Below, one piece after another: positions 11,937 to 22,218 of a DNA stretch of 64,000 bases. Every line of letters begins with the position of its first letter. Position 1 is the stretch's first letter. The stretch comes from Nitrospirota bacterium (GTDB taxonomy: Bacteria; Nitrospirota; Nitrospiria; Nitrospirales; Nitrospiraceae), in contig CAVPGK010000005.1 of NCBI GenBank assembly GCA_963703955.1, positions 15,911 to 79,910 of the forward strand, in the 5' to 3' direction. A program made the position numbers and the translations under genes. Below the pieces are notes generated by a model that did not search any database, had not been told where the DNA came from, and was given only the letters and a program-made list of their open reading frames with translations.

Positions 11937-13307
11937 GTGGTTCGACGAGCATCGGCTGTCCTCCATTCTGTCTGCTGCACGACCTGTCTCGCCCTCGCCT
12001 GGCTGACTTCTTCCCCACCGGCGCATGCGCAAACTCCTCGTATCCAAGGACAAGGATCGGCGGCGTCTGGCATGGCCAATGCATTTGCGGCCCAGGCCGA
12101 TGACCCGTCCGCCCTGCACTACAACCCTGCCGGCATGACCCAGTTGCAAGGCGTGCAAAATATGTTTGGGGCTCTGTTCGTCGGCGGGCCGACGAACTTT
12201 ACGAGTCCTACCGGTGTTGAGGTAACGGGGGATCGAGGCGGAAGCGTGGCGTGGCCGCCGCCGGGCCACATTTACCTGACCGCCAATCTGAAGGATCTGG
12301 GAGTGAGGTCCCTCGGAGATTTGACGGTCGGAGTGGGGTTGAACAGCCCGTTCGGCTCGCTCAGCCGGTATCCGGTCAATGGTCCATTCAGAACCGCGGT
12401 CACATTCAGCACGCTCCCGCTGTTGGATATCAAGCCCACCATCGCCTACAAAATCAACGATCAGCTATCCCTAGGCCTGGGCGCGGATATCTATACCTTT
12501 TCCGGATTGTTCGGTGAGGGACACGTCGAGCTCAAGACGGCGAACACGGCCATGACGCAGCAATTCGAGATCAACGGAAGCGACACCGCTGCGGGATTTA
12601 ATGTCAGTCTCCTGTATACGCCCTTCCGCAATGCGGACGGAAAACCGCTGGCCAATGTCGGGCTGGTCTATCGAAGCCGCGCGACCCTTCATCTCACTGG
12701 ACTGTTTCTCATAAACGGCGCGCCAACGGCCGATACGGCTGCGACCCTTGTCTTACCGCAGGTTTATTCGGGGGCGATTGCGGTCTGGCCGATCCGCGAT
12801 GCGGAGCGCGAATGGAAGCTTGAGCTGGATGTGGACTATGTCGGATGGAAGGCCAATCAAAATCTGGATGTGCAGCTGTCTACAGGTGGGGTCATCCCTC
12901 AGCCCCAGAACTGGAGCAACAGTTTCACCGTGATGATCGGAACCGAGTACAGATGGCTTCGGCTCACGCGTCTGCCGGATTGGGAGCTTGCGTTGCGAGG
13001 AGGGTATGCCAATCAGCAGACGCAGGTTCCTGATTTGACCTTCAATCCCGGTGTGCCTTCGGCAAATACTCACATCCCGTCCGTCGGTCTGGGGTTCCTG
13101 TGTCAGGAGAACGGATCCTTCCTGGGTCTCAAGTGCGGCCAGCTCGGATTCGGAACGCTGAAACCGAAAGCCTTTGGGATCGATATCTCCTACCAGGCTG
13201 CGATCTATGAGGTCCGCACGATCACCGGTAACCGGAACCCCACGGTGAACGGGACGTATGACACCCTCATTCAAGCGGGGGGAGTCAGCCTGCGGTTTAT
13301 TTACTGA
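11937..13307 (+). CDS. OmpP1/FadL/TodX-family outer-membrane transporter
   Basis: Signal peptide; GMANAFAAQADDPSALHYNPAGMTQL hatch motif; beta-barrel pattern; C-terminal aromatic residue. Confidence 0.9.
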   Translation: MVRRASAVLHSVCCTTCLALAWLTSSPPAHAQTPRIQGQGSAASGMANAFAAQADDPSALHYNPAGMTQLQGVQNMFGALFVGGPTNFTSPTGVEVTGDRGGSVAWPPPGHIYLTANLKDLGVRSLGDLTVGVGLNSPFGSLSRYPVNGPFRTAVTFSTLPLLDIKPTIAYKINDQLSLGLGADIYTFSGLFGEGHVELKTANTAMTQQFEINGSDTAAGFNVSLLYTPFRNADGKPLANVGLVYRSRATLHLTGLFLINGAPTADTAATLVLPQVYSGAIAVWPIRDAEREWKLELDVDYVGWKANQNLDVQLSTGGVIPQPQNWSNSFTVMIGTEYRWLRLTRLPDWELALRGGYANQQTQVPDLTFNPGVPSANTHIPSVGLGFLCQENGSFLGLKCGQLGFGTLKPKAFGIDISYQAAIYEVRTITGNRNPTVNGTYDTLIQAGGVSLRFIY

Positions 13308-13702
13308 TCGCACCGTCGAACCTCACCCGTGTCGTGTCCCCTGAAACTAATGAGCCACCTGGGTTGCCTGTTGCGGCTTAGCGTCAACGTCGATCGCATG
13401 ATTCGAATGATTGCGGACCCCTGGAGTTGTGGTTCGGCGTATCGAAGGTTGAATAGGACCATCTCGCTCTTCATTTCTGAATCCTGGATTCAGCACGAGG
13501 TAACCAAACAGTTTGGGTTCTTAGGACTGACAACTAATATGAGTTGGTCGTCGGTGGTGTATCTGACTGGATAACACCCTGTATTCAATTCGATACGATT
13601 TTTATCATCCCCGTGTGAGTGCTTCCTCGTCCATGAGGGATAATTCATCGGATCATCAACGTGTTTCGAGCGGTTGCCATATATTGTTTTGCGGCCATTT
13701 CG

Positions 13703-13718
13703 TGGCACAGCGGTTGCT
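13703..13718 (+). promoter_or_regulatory. Sigma54 (-24/-12) promoter
   Basis: TGGCAC-AGCGG-TTGCT, ~50 bp upstream of a strong RBS and small ORF. Confidence 0.72.
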
Positions 13719-13770
13719 CCATCTCTGCTCGAAAGCGGTTGTCGATGGAGGAGGGAAGGAGGGAGAAACC

Positions 13771-13935
13771 GTGGAAGCGATGGCCTGGGGAATGATCGTG
13801 ACGGGATGCACCCTGTTCGGAATGCTGGCGCTGTGGATGCTTAGCGATCGCATAGCCCATATGCCGCTGCCGAAAGAGATGGCTGACAGCTATCCACTGA
13901 CTTCTCAGGTGGCTGAACTGACGAAGGCGGCATGA
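13771..13935 (+). CDS. Small single-TM protein (54 aa)
   Basis: RBS AGGAGG, GTG start, hydrophobic segment MAWGMIVTGCTLFGMLALWML. Confidence 0.6.
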   Translation: MEAMAWGMIVTGCTLFGMLALWMLSDRIAHMPLPKEMADSYPLTSQVAELTKAA

Positions 13936-13975
13936 GAGTTTCAGTGCCTTGTGGCCTCACCGTTGAGAGGGTTCA

Positions 13976-16717
13976 ATGAGCCCCACGGTTGACGAGGATG
14001 ATTTGTCTAGCATTCTCATCGTAGATGACGAGCCGGATATCCGGGAGACCCTCAGCGATATGTTGGAACACGAGGGGTACCGGGTTCACGCGGTGGGGAC
14101 CGGGGTCGCCGCGATTCAGCAGGCGTCCCAATTCCGATATGGAGCTGTTTTGCTGGACATCGGGCTGCCGGACCTCGACGGGCATTCCGTCTTGAAAAAC
14201 TTGATGGAAATGGATTCCACGCTGCCGGTCGTTATTCTAACCGGGCAGGCGACCGAACAGAATACCATTGCGCCGTTGACGAAGGGCGCTTTCGCCTATG
14301 CAACCAAGCCATATAATCCGAAAGAAATCAAGGCCGTGCTCCGCCGAGCCGTGGGGGTCAGGGCTCTGTCCGCCAAGGCCGAAACGGTTGAAACCGCCCT
14401 TAGTGAAAGCGAGGAACGGTTCAAGTCGGTGGTTCAGTCTACCGCGGACGCGATCATCTTGGCGGACGAGGGAGGGCGAATCGTTTTTTGGAATAAGGCC
14501 GCGCAGCGCATGTTCGGCCATGCGGCCGATGAGGTCATGGGGAAGTCTCTGACGATGATTATGCCGGAGCGCTACCGCGTGGGCCATCAACGAGGGCTGG
14601 ATCGGGTCCGACTCTCGGGCGGGACTCACGTGATGGGAAAGACCTTGGAGTTGCACGGTCTCCGGAAAGACGGCAGCGAGTTTCCGGTGGAGTTATCGCT
14701 GGCCATGTGGGGGGCGCAGCAAGCACGGTTTTACGGCGGAATCATCCGCGACATCACCGAGCGGAAAAGGGTTGAGGACGCGCTTCGACGGAGCGAAGAA
14801 CGCGTCCGGCAACTGGCCGAGAATATCAGGGAAGTCTTTTGGCTGACGGCGGTCGATAAGAACGAGATGATCTACGTCAGCCCGGCCTATGAGGCGATAT
14901 GGGGGCGGACCTGCGAGAGTCTCTATGCCGCTCCCCGCTCCTGGCTTGACGCCATCCATCCGGAAGACAAGGAACGGATCGTCGGCGCGCTGCCCAAACA
15001 GGTGAAGGGAGAGTATCAGGAGGAATATCGGATCCTGCGCCCGGACGATGGCGTGGAGTGGATCCGAGACCGCGCCTTTCCGATCCGCGATGAAACCGGG
15101 AAGGTCTATCGTGTGGCGGGATTGCGGAATGCATCACCGCCCAGAAAATTGCGGACCAGCGATTGGCCGCTCAGTATGCGGTGGCCCGCGCCCTGTCCGA
15201 ATCCGCCACGTTGGCCGAAGCCACCCCGAAGATTCTACAGGCCATCTCCGAGAGTCTGGGGTGGGATATCGGAGCCCTCTGGTCGATCGATGAGCAGGTC
15301 GGTGCGTTGCGCTGTGTTCATGTCTGGCATGCTCCCGGCATCAAGGCCGTGAGCTTCGAGACGCTCAGTTGGGAGATGGTCTTTCAACGTGGCATCGGAC
15401 TGCCGGGACGGGTATGGGCCGGTGGCGAGCCGGTCTGGATAACGGATATCACCAGGGACCCGAATTTCCCGCGTGCCGCCGTTGCCGGCAAAACGGGTCT
15501 GCACGGGGCTCTGGCGTTTCCGATCAAATTGCGTACCCAGGTATTGGGGGTCCTCGAATTCTTCAGCCGCGAGATCCGCCAGCCCGACGAAGATCTCCTC
15601 CGCATGCTCGGCGCCGTCGGCAGCCAGATCGGTCAGTTTACGGAACGCAAGCAGGCGGAGGAAGCCTTACGGGTGGCCTACGACAAGATCGACGCGATTC
15701 TCGTGTCGTTGCCGTGCGCGGTGTTGATCGTTGATCAGGATCAACGGGTGGTCTACGCCAACCCGCTGGCGTGTCAGCACTTTTGGCCGGAGCATGGGAC
15801 GCTGGCCGGAAGTTTGTTGCATGACGTATTGCCGCTGACCGCCGTGCAGTGGCAACGCCTGCTGACCGACCTGCGTGAGACGACCGCTCAGAGCAGGTCA
15901 CCCCAAGAGCGCGAGTTTGAGGCGCATAAGCGCATGTATCGATATCGGCTCTTTCCCGTCACGCTTCGGGAGACCTACCGCCTGCAGGCGGGCATCGTCC
16001 TCTGGGACATTACAGAACAGCGGTTACTTCAGGATCAACTGATCCAGGCGGAGAAGCTGTCCAGTCTCGGCACGTTGGTGTCCGGTATGGCTCACGAGAT
16101 CAATAATCCCGTTCAGGGCATCATGGGGATGGCGGAGATCATTTTGCAGGAAGAGAATCCGGACAGAAGTGAAGGAATACGCCGGTGATATCGTCAAATA
16201 CTCCGAGCACGTCGGCTCGGTCGTTCGGGACTTCGCCTGTTATGCCCGGCCGGCTTCCCGAGACCGTATCACGGAGCTGGATTTCTGCGAACGTCTGTCC
16301 GAGGCGGTGAAGTTGGTCCAGAGGGGCCCGAAGTTCGGACACATCCAGGTGACGACCGATTATCAGCCGGTTCCTCGGTTCAAAGCGCATCGCACCGAAA
16401 TCGATCAGGTGTTTATCAATCTGATCAGCAACGCCGTGGACGCGATGGCCGGCAAGGGGCGGCTGACCTTATCGACCTTGATGGAGGGAGACGTTATCAC
16501 GGTGCGTGTCTCCGACACGGGGAGCGGGATTCCCAAGTCGATCTTAAGCAAGATCTTCGATCCGTTCATGACCACCAAAGATCCGGGGAAAGGGACGGGA
16601 TTGGGCCTTAGCATCGTTCATCGGATCGTATCAAAATATGGCGGGCGGATCGGCGTGGAGAGCCAGGAGGGCAAAGGCACCACGTTCACAATTCAATTTC
16701 CACAAGAACCGAAATAA
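13976..16717 (+). CDS. Hybrid histidine kinase REC-PAS-PAS-GAF-PAS-HisKA-HATPase; frameshifted near 15125 and 16166
   Basis: Three consecutive ORFs (13976-15352, 15163-16188, 16169-16717) give one architecture; H-box [21 protein letters not shown]. Confidence 0.87.
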
Positions 16718-16729
16718 CAGGAGGTCTGT

Positions 16730-17161
16730 ATGCATACCCAATACGCGGCCAACGGTCGACAAGGACGAATCCTCATCGTCGAGGATGAACCCCAGGTGAG
16801 AAAGCCGATTTCTCTCATGCTCAGGAAAGAAGGGTATGAAATCGTGGAGGCGGAAGACGGGGAGCAGGCGATTCAGAAAATCGGCGACGGAGACAACGCC
16901 TTGATGGTGGACACGATCCTTTGCGATATTCGGATGCCCAAGATCAACGGAGACGAGGCTATTGTGTATTTCAGAGGTCAGTTTCCGACGGTGCCGATTG
17001 TGGTGATGACGGGCTATCCGGACGTAGAACTCGCCGTGTCTTTGATGCGGAAAGGTGTACGAGACTATCTGGTGAAGCCAGTGTCCAAGGATGAATTGCT
17101 GACCGTGATGAAGAAATCCGTCGAGCAGCACGTGATCATGAAGGACCAATTTACGATCTAA
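16730..17161 (+). CDS. Single-domain response regulator
   Basis: ILIVEDE, LCDIRMP, MTG, YLVKP; RBS AGGAGG. Confidence 0.9.
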   Translation: MHTQYAANGRQGRILIVEDEPQVRKPISLMLRKEGYEIVEAEDGEQAIQKIGDGDNALMVDTILCDIRMPKINGDEAIVYFRGQFPTVPIVVMTGYPDVELAVSLMRKGVRDYLVKPVSKDELLTVMKKSVEQHVIMKDQFTI

Positions 17162-17340
17162 CAAGCTGCCAGGCTCTGTTCAAAGCATTAGTGGTAGGCT
17201 AAGGCCATGGAAAAAGCCGCATCTCGGCGCGGCTGAGGGTGGGGAGGGCGAAACATCGGGTGAAACGCCGCCTGGCGCAGGCGGGTGATTGACCTTTACA
17301 AACAGACTCGACCACATATCCAGTTATTCTGCCGAAGAAG

Positions 17341-18087
17341 TCATACCTTCTTACCTCCCAAAAGAGCCTTGAGGCCGAAGTAACCGAAGGCGTCTTTCAG
17401 GTTTGAGTACAGGCGGTTGAAGCGACCCATCTCCTGGTTGGTGACGTATTCCATCGTCAACGCGACGCGCTCTTCACCCTCTCCGAGCGGGGTCACGGCA
17501 TGCCAGAGCTTGTCGCCGTTAAAAATCACCATTGTGCCGGGCTTTGTGGCGAGTTCTAGTTCTTTCATCTGTTGGGAGGGGTCATCCTTATAGAGCTGGC
17601 AGACCAGCCGGCAGGACGGGGATCGATCGATCAGCCCAACGAGAATCGTATAGCGGGCGCCCTTGTAGTATGACGTATCATAATGAAACCCAATATGGTC
17701 CCCCGCCTCGGTGTAATAGTATAGAGCGCAGGCGTGCGGGTCGTTTTCCGGGCAGAGCATCAACCGTTCGCCGACCAGCCGGCTGAGGAAATCCATGAAC
17801 ACTGGTGACTTGTAGAGGTCGAGAAAGGCCGGCGCCTCCTCTCTCACCGTATAGTAACTGACGCTACCGCCCTTTTTGTGTCCGGGGAGATAGTTCCGAT
17901 TCAGCTTGGGTTTTAATCGTACGACTTCGGGGACAAGCCATTCATCCACGACGGTCTGCGGAAGAAACCGTTGCAGACAGACAAACTCATTCTGCTCCCA
18001 ATACTCTTTCCGCACCCGCTCGAAATCCAATGACGCGATGGCTTGCTCAACCGCTTCGGCGATGCCCTTCACATTGGCTGCAATCAT
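17341..18087 (-). CDS. 2OG-Fe(II) oxygenase superfamily protein
   Basis: HxD (FHYD), distal His (LWHAVTP) and Arg (ERV) of the jelly-roll dioxygenases. Confidence 0.8.
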   Translation of the reverse strand: MIAANVKGIAEAVEQAIASLDFERVRKEYWEQNEFVCLQRFLPQTVVDEWLVPEVVRLKPKLNRNYLPGHKKGGSVSYYTVREEAPAFLDLYKSPVFMDFLSRLVGERLMLCPENDPHACALYYYTEAGDHIGFHYDTSYYKGARYTILVGLIDRSPSCRLVCQLYKDDPSQQMKELELATKPGTMVIFNGDKLWHAVTPLGEGEERVALTMEYVTNQEMGRFNRLYSNLKDAFGYFGLKALLGGKKV

Positions 18088-18187
18088 ATCGATCCTTTGC
18101 CTCGCATCAAGAAATACTGACGATTCGTCTACCGACGCCGAGTATAGCGATGCCTGAGGCCATTTTCATAGCCTCGACCGACTCGAT

Positions 18188-19015
18188 TCATTGCTGCGGG
18201 ATGAACGAAGACGCTTTCACAACTTCGACGCCCGGAGGAACGTCGAACGTGAACAGGTCGGGCTTCAGGCCGGCGTTGGCCTTCAGGTTACTGAATTGAA
18301 AGGTCGAAATGTTGCCGCTGATCTCATGGAGTGACACGGTCTTGATGAAGTAGGTCTTTGGCTGCACTTCCAGCACGATGCGGACGAGCGCCCGACTGGA
18401 TTCCGATTCTGAGACCTTCGGCACCAGTGTCACGAGCGGAATTCCGCCTTCTCCGCGCTCCCCGTCCTTCGTCGGTTCCACATCGAACTCCTCCTCAATC
18501 TTCGCCACGCCCTGCAGAAGCTGCAGCGGGGCCTGCGAGGCCGCCATCTGCGTCAGTTTTCCCACCAGCACCTGTTTGTGCTCCGGTACATACATCATGA
18601 CCTCATCCCGATTCACGTAAATCTCCTCCACGTTCGGATCAAGGTAATCCCATCGGAGCAGGCCGGGTTTCTTAATCGACACCCGCCCGCTCGACATGAG
18701 CGGCGTGGCGAACCCTTCGATCCGAGTCACCTGCTTGAAGTCCGCCTGCAGATCCTTCGTCTGCTCATAGCGCGCCTGCAACTTCTTGATCACCTCTTTC
18801 ACCGCCTTCAGTTCTTTCGCTTCCAGCCCCTCCTCAGCCGCCATCACGCCTCCAGCCGCAAGTAGGGTGGACACTACAACGACAAAGGCAATAGTGAAAA
18901 AGGAGGGGCAGGGGGGTTGCTCGTTACTGCGCGCGTCGGGCGAGCACATTCCGATCGTGCGCGCTCCGCGAGCACGAGGAGCAGCCCCCCTGCCCCTCCC
19001 TCCGAATTTCTTCAT
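18188..19015 (-). CDS. lolA: Outer-membrane lipoprotein carrier LolA
   Basis: ADFKQ..SGRVSIKKPGLLRWDY..P, FTFDVPPGVEV; directly downstream of ftsK. Confidence 0.88.
   Translation of the reverse strand: MKKFGGRGRGAAPRARGARTIGMCSPDARSNEQPPCPSFFTIAFVVVVSTLLAAGGVMAAEEGLEAKELKAVKEVIKKLQARYEQTKDLQADFKQVTRIEGFATPLMSSGRVSIKKPGLLRWDYLDPNVEEIYVNRDEVMMYVPEHKQVLVGKLTQMAASQAPLQLLQGVAKIEEEFDVEPTKDGERGEGGIPLVTLVPKVSESESSRALVRIVLEVQPKTYFIKTVSLHEISGNISTFQFSNLKANAGLKPDLFTFDVPPGVEVVKASSFIPQQ
18902..18999. repeat. Palindromic hairpin element (family B) inside the 5' end of lolA
   Basis: 21-bp arms ggaggggcaggggggttgctc / gagcagcccccctgcccctcc around a core shared with 29984-30075. Confidence 0.8.
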
Positions 19016-21429
19016 GATTCCTCCTCGCCAACCGGCCCTTTTCGCCCAATCACCTCCCGCCGCCCATCCCGCGCCGGCGCGCTCACAATCCCTTCCTCTT
19101 CCATGCGCTCGATCATCCGCGCCGCCCTGGGATAGCCGACCCGCAACCGGCGCTGAATCAGCGAGGCGGAGGCCTGCCCTGAAGAAATGACGAGATCCTT
19201 TGCCTGCTCATAAACCTCGTCCCGCTGCTGCTCTTCCACCACATCCTCCTGACGCAGCGACTGCAGCTCCTCCATGTATGCCGGCGCGGCCTGCTTCTTC
19301 ACGAACTCGACCACGCGGCGTACATCGTCGTCCGGCACGAAGGAGCCGTGCAGGCGAGTCAGCCGTCCGGTCCCAGAGGCGAGGTACAACATGTCGCCCT
19401 TGCCCACGAGCGCTTCCGCACCATTGGCATCGAGGATGGTGCGCGAATCGGTTTTGGAGGAGACCTGAAATGCAATCCGGGCGGGGAAGTTCGCTTTGAT
19501 CAGCCCGGTCAGGACATCAACCGAGGGGCGTTGCGTCGCCAGCACCAGGTGAATGCCCGAGGCTCTCGCCATTTGCGCCAACCGCGCGATCTTGTCTTCG
19601 ACCTCTTTGGGCGCGACCATCATCAGATCCGCCAGCTCGTCGATCATCACGACGATATACGGTAACGGGGTAGGAGGCGTCGGGGGCGCCGATGATCCGG
19701 TATCGGAGGCCACGCTTTCACCGGCGGACAGCCGATCTTCCTCAGGGAGAAACTCGATCGGCAAGTCCGTCTGCTCGGGAATATCTTTCTCGCGCGACTT
19801 TGGAATGTGACCTTGGGCCTCGGCCACACGCCGGTTGTAGGTATCGACATTTCGCACACCCGCTTCGGCCAGGAGCCTATAGCGACGGTCCATTTCCTGA
19901 ACCACCCAGCCCAGGCCGCGTGCGGCTGACTTGGGATCGGTGATCACGGGCCTGAGAAGATGGGGAATGCCGTCGTACGACTGCAACTCCAACATTTTAG
20001 GATCGATCAGGAGCAGTTTGACCTCATCCGGGCGAGCCGCAAATAAGATGCTCAGCAGCATGGTGTTGAGGCTCACGCTTTTCCCGGCGCCCGTGGCGCC
20101 GGCGACGAGCAGATGGGGCATGGTCTTTAAATCGGCGGTGACCGGCTTCCCGAAGATATCTTTTCCCAGCGCCAAGATCAGCTTGGACCTGGAGCGGGTG
20201 TAGGCCTCACTGGTCAGCACCTCCTTGAGCGAAACGGTCTCACGAAACAGATTGGGCACTTCCACGCCGACCACCGATTTGCCCGGTAGGGGCGCGACAA
20301 TGCGCAAGCTTGTCGCCTTCAAAGCCAGCGCCAGATCATCGCTCAAATTGACGATGCGAGCGACCTTGACTCCCGGGGCCGGTTCAAATTCATACATGGT
20401 GACGACCGGGCCGGGGTGAATTTCAGTCACTTTTCCTTCGATGCCGAAGCTCAATAGCGCGCGCGTGAGGACATCGGACTGGCCTTTCAGGGCATCGTCG
20501 GTCATCCGTTCCAGTGGGCCGGAGGGGTCGCTGAGTAATTCATCGGGGTCGGGCAGCATGTAACCAGCCGCAACCGGTCGAGACACGATGATCTCAGAAG
20601 CCCCCGCATTTTCCGCAACCGACCCAGCAATAGATTGAGCCGGTGCCTCGACGGCGCGGGTCATTGGAGCCTCAGCCGCCTCCGCGCTCTCCTCATCATT
20701 GGACTCATCTTCCACGGGAAGCGTCCGATGGATCTTCACCGGCTTGGGCCTCGTCCTCTTGGCCTTTCCAGGTTGCGTGCCGGGCGCCGGAAGGAGTGCC
20801 GCCATCGTCTCCGACAGCGAGGCCCACCAGTCGGGCACACGCCTCCAGAGTTCCCCTAGCGACATAGGCGTGGCCAGCAAGAGGGACACAAGCAGACCGG
20901 CTAAGACAAGAATATGTGCGCCGGTACTGGCGAAGGCCCCCCGTAGGTTATCCGCAATGAACCCTCCAATGACGCCCCCCGCCAGCCCTCGTTGTACAAG
21001 TCCACTGGAGAGGGTCGGAACGCCGATGAGTTCCAAATGCAGAAAACCGCTCAGGAACAGCACGGCGGCCAGCGATCCAGCGGCGCTCCGAAGCGTGACA
21101 CTAAGCGCGCCTTCGACGAAACAGCGCGCTCCCAGCATGACCAGGAGAAAGGGAAAGAGGTACGCAGCGGCCCCAACGAGCCAAAAGAGAGTGGCGGCGA
21201 GGGACGCTCCCACGGTGCCGATCATATTCCGGGTGGGAACGGGCGTGCCCGTGTGCGAAGGAAAAGAACTAAACTGCGGAATGTCAGTTGGAGAGAAGGA
21301 GATCAGGCTTAGGAGCGTCAAGAGCCCGAGCGTCAACAGCAGAACGCCGATGACTTCATGCTTGACATTGGAGGTTTGACGGGAGGCACTGCGGGCGTCA
21401 CCGCGCTTCGCCGTGGTGGAGGCACCCAT
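19012..21429 (-). CDS. ftsK: DNA translocase FtsK
   Basis: 4TM N-terminus; PHLLVAGATGAGKS Walker A; IDELADLMM; ATQRPSVDV; gamma domain QRRLRVGYPRAAR. Confidence 0.97.
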   Translation of the reverse strand: MGASTTAKRGDARSASRQTSNVKHEVIGVLLLTLGLLTLLSLISFSPTDIPQFSSFPSHTGTPVPTRNMIGTVGASLAATLFWLVGAAAYLFPFLLVMLGARCFVEGALSVTLRSAAGSLAAVLFLSGFLHLELIGVPTLSSGLVQRGLAGGVIGGFIADNLRGAFASTGAHILVLAGLLVSLLLATPMSLGELWRRVPDWWASLSETMAALLPAPGTQPGKAKRTRPKPVKIHRTLPVEDESNDEESAEAAEAPMTRAVEAPAQSIAGSVAENAGASEIIVSRPVAAGYMLPDPDELLSDPSGPLERMTDDALKGQSDVLTRALLSFGIEGKVTEIHPGPVVTMYEFEPAPGVKVARIVNLSDDLALALKATSLRIVAPLPGKSVVGVEVPNLFRETVSLKEVLTSEAYTRSRSKLILALGKDIFGKPVTADLKTMPHLLVAGATGAGKSVSLNTMLLSILFAARPDEVKLLLIDPKMLELQSYDGIPHLLRPVITDPKSAARGLGWVVQEMDRRYRLLAEAGVRNVDTYNRRVAEAQGHIPKSREKDIPEQTDLPIEFLPEEDRLSAGESVASDTGSSAPPTPPTPLPYIVVMIDELADLMMVAPKEVEDKIARLAQMARASGIHLVLATQRPSVDVLTGLIKANFPARIAFQVSSKTDSRTILDANGAEALVGKGDMLYLASGTGRLTRLHGSFVPDDDVRRVVEFVKKQAAPAYMEELQSLRQEDVVEEQQRDEVYEQAKDLVISSGQASASLIQRRLRVGYPRAARMIERMEEEGIVSAPARDGRREVIGRKGPVGEEES

Positions 21430-21548
21430 GGGGACGATGGTAGCACAGGAGGGAGGTGAATTCAAAAGGAGAAGGGGGGGTATGTCCACCAGCTTCTCAT
21501 TTCCCAAGGCTAAACAAGAGGCGGAATACGTGATCAGATTGAGAAGGT

Positions 21549-21929
21549 CTATCGATCAGCACCGGTCGTACCAGGAGTGCCGGCTCCAAAATCGGGGTGG
21601 ACTCCCTCACTCCTGAATCCCCCGCCTGTACCTAATATAGGCAGGCTACGACTTGGACTGGTGACCGGTCCTGGTTCAATGATCGAACGAAGATCTGACC
21701 CCCCCGACAAAAAATCAGAACCTCCCGGTGAGATGGTAGGTCCAGTCATCGACTCTCCGGGCATCAGAGCGCTACTGGGAGAGCTTGGCGCCCGATCTTC
21801 TGACCCGAAGCGGCCGCCCGGAGCCATGCCCGGACCAGGTGTCTCCGGTTGTTGTGAGGCGGAAGGCAAGGCGATACCCATCGCGATGAGGAAAGACACA
21901 AGGATCATAAGGGGCGAGTAGGTCTTCAT
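21549..21929 (-). CDS. Secreted Pro/Gly/Ser-rich hypothetical protein
   Basis: RBS AGGAG, signal peptide, low-complexity mature region. Confidence 0.55.
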   Translation of the reverse strand: MKTYSPLMILVSFLIAMGIALPSASQQPETPGPGMAPGGRFGSEDRAPSSPSSALMPGESMTGPTISPGGSDFLSGGSDLRSIIEPGPVTSPSRSLPILGTGGGFRSEGVHPDFGAGTPGTTGADR

Positions 21930-22218
21930 ATATCTGTCTCCTTCTATGCCTGGTGAGTTCTATGATCCCTGATGCTCTATTTCTTCAATTCTGATTGTCG
22001 CACTCAGTTGGATCGTGACAAAGGTCTCCATACGCGGGCCCTCCGTTACTCACCGATGAACGATCCGGCGCGAGGGCAGTGCTTACTATTCTAATGGAAA
22101 AGCTCCCAAGACGTATAGACGAACGATGGGTAGGAAGCGGGCATGAAAGGGAGCAGTAAGGTCGCGTAAATGAGAGATGAGGCGGAGCGGGCTTGGTGAG
22201 GTCGAAGGCAGGGGCTAT

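Noticed and set aside
3170..16170. Frameshifts near 3178, 5322, 8224, 15125 and 16166 (also 63530-63710) as phase variation or pseudogenisation
   Set aside because: They are isolated 1-bp indels in otherwise well-conserved genes, without long homopolymer or microsatellite tracts. Sequencing or consensus error is the simplest explanation; read-level checking is needed.
17341..18087. BesD-type halogenase
   Set aside because: The metal triad retains Asp (HYD), indicating a hydroxylase.
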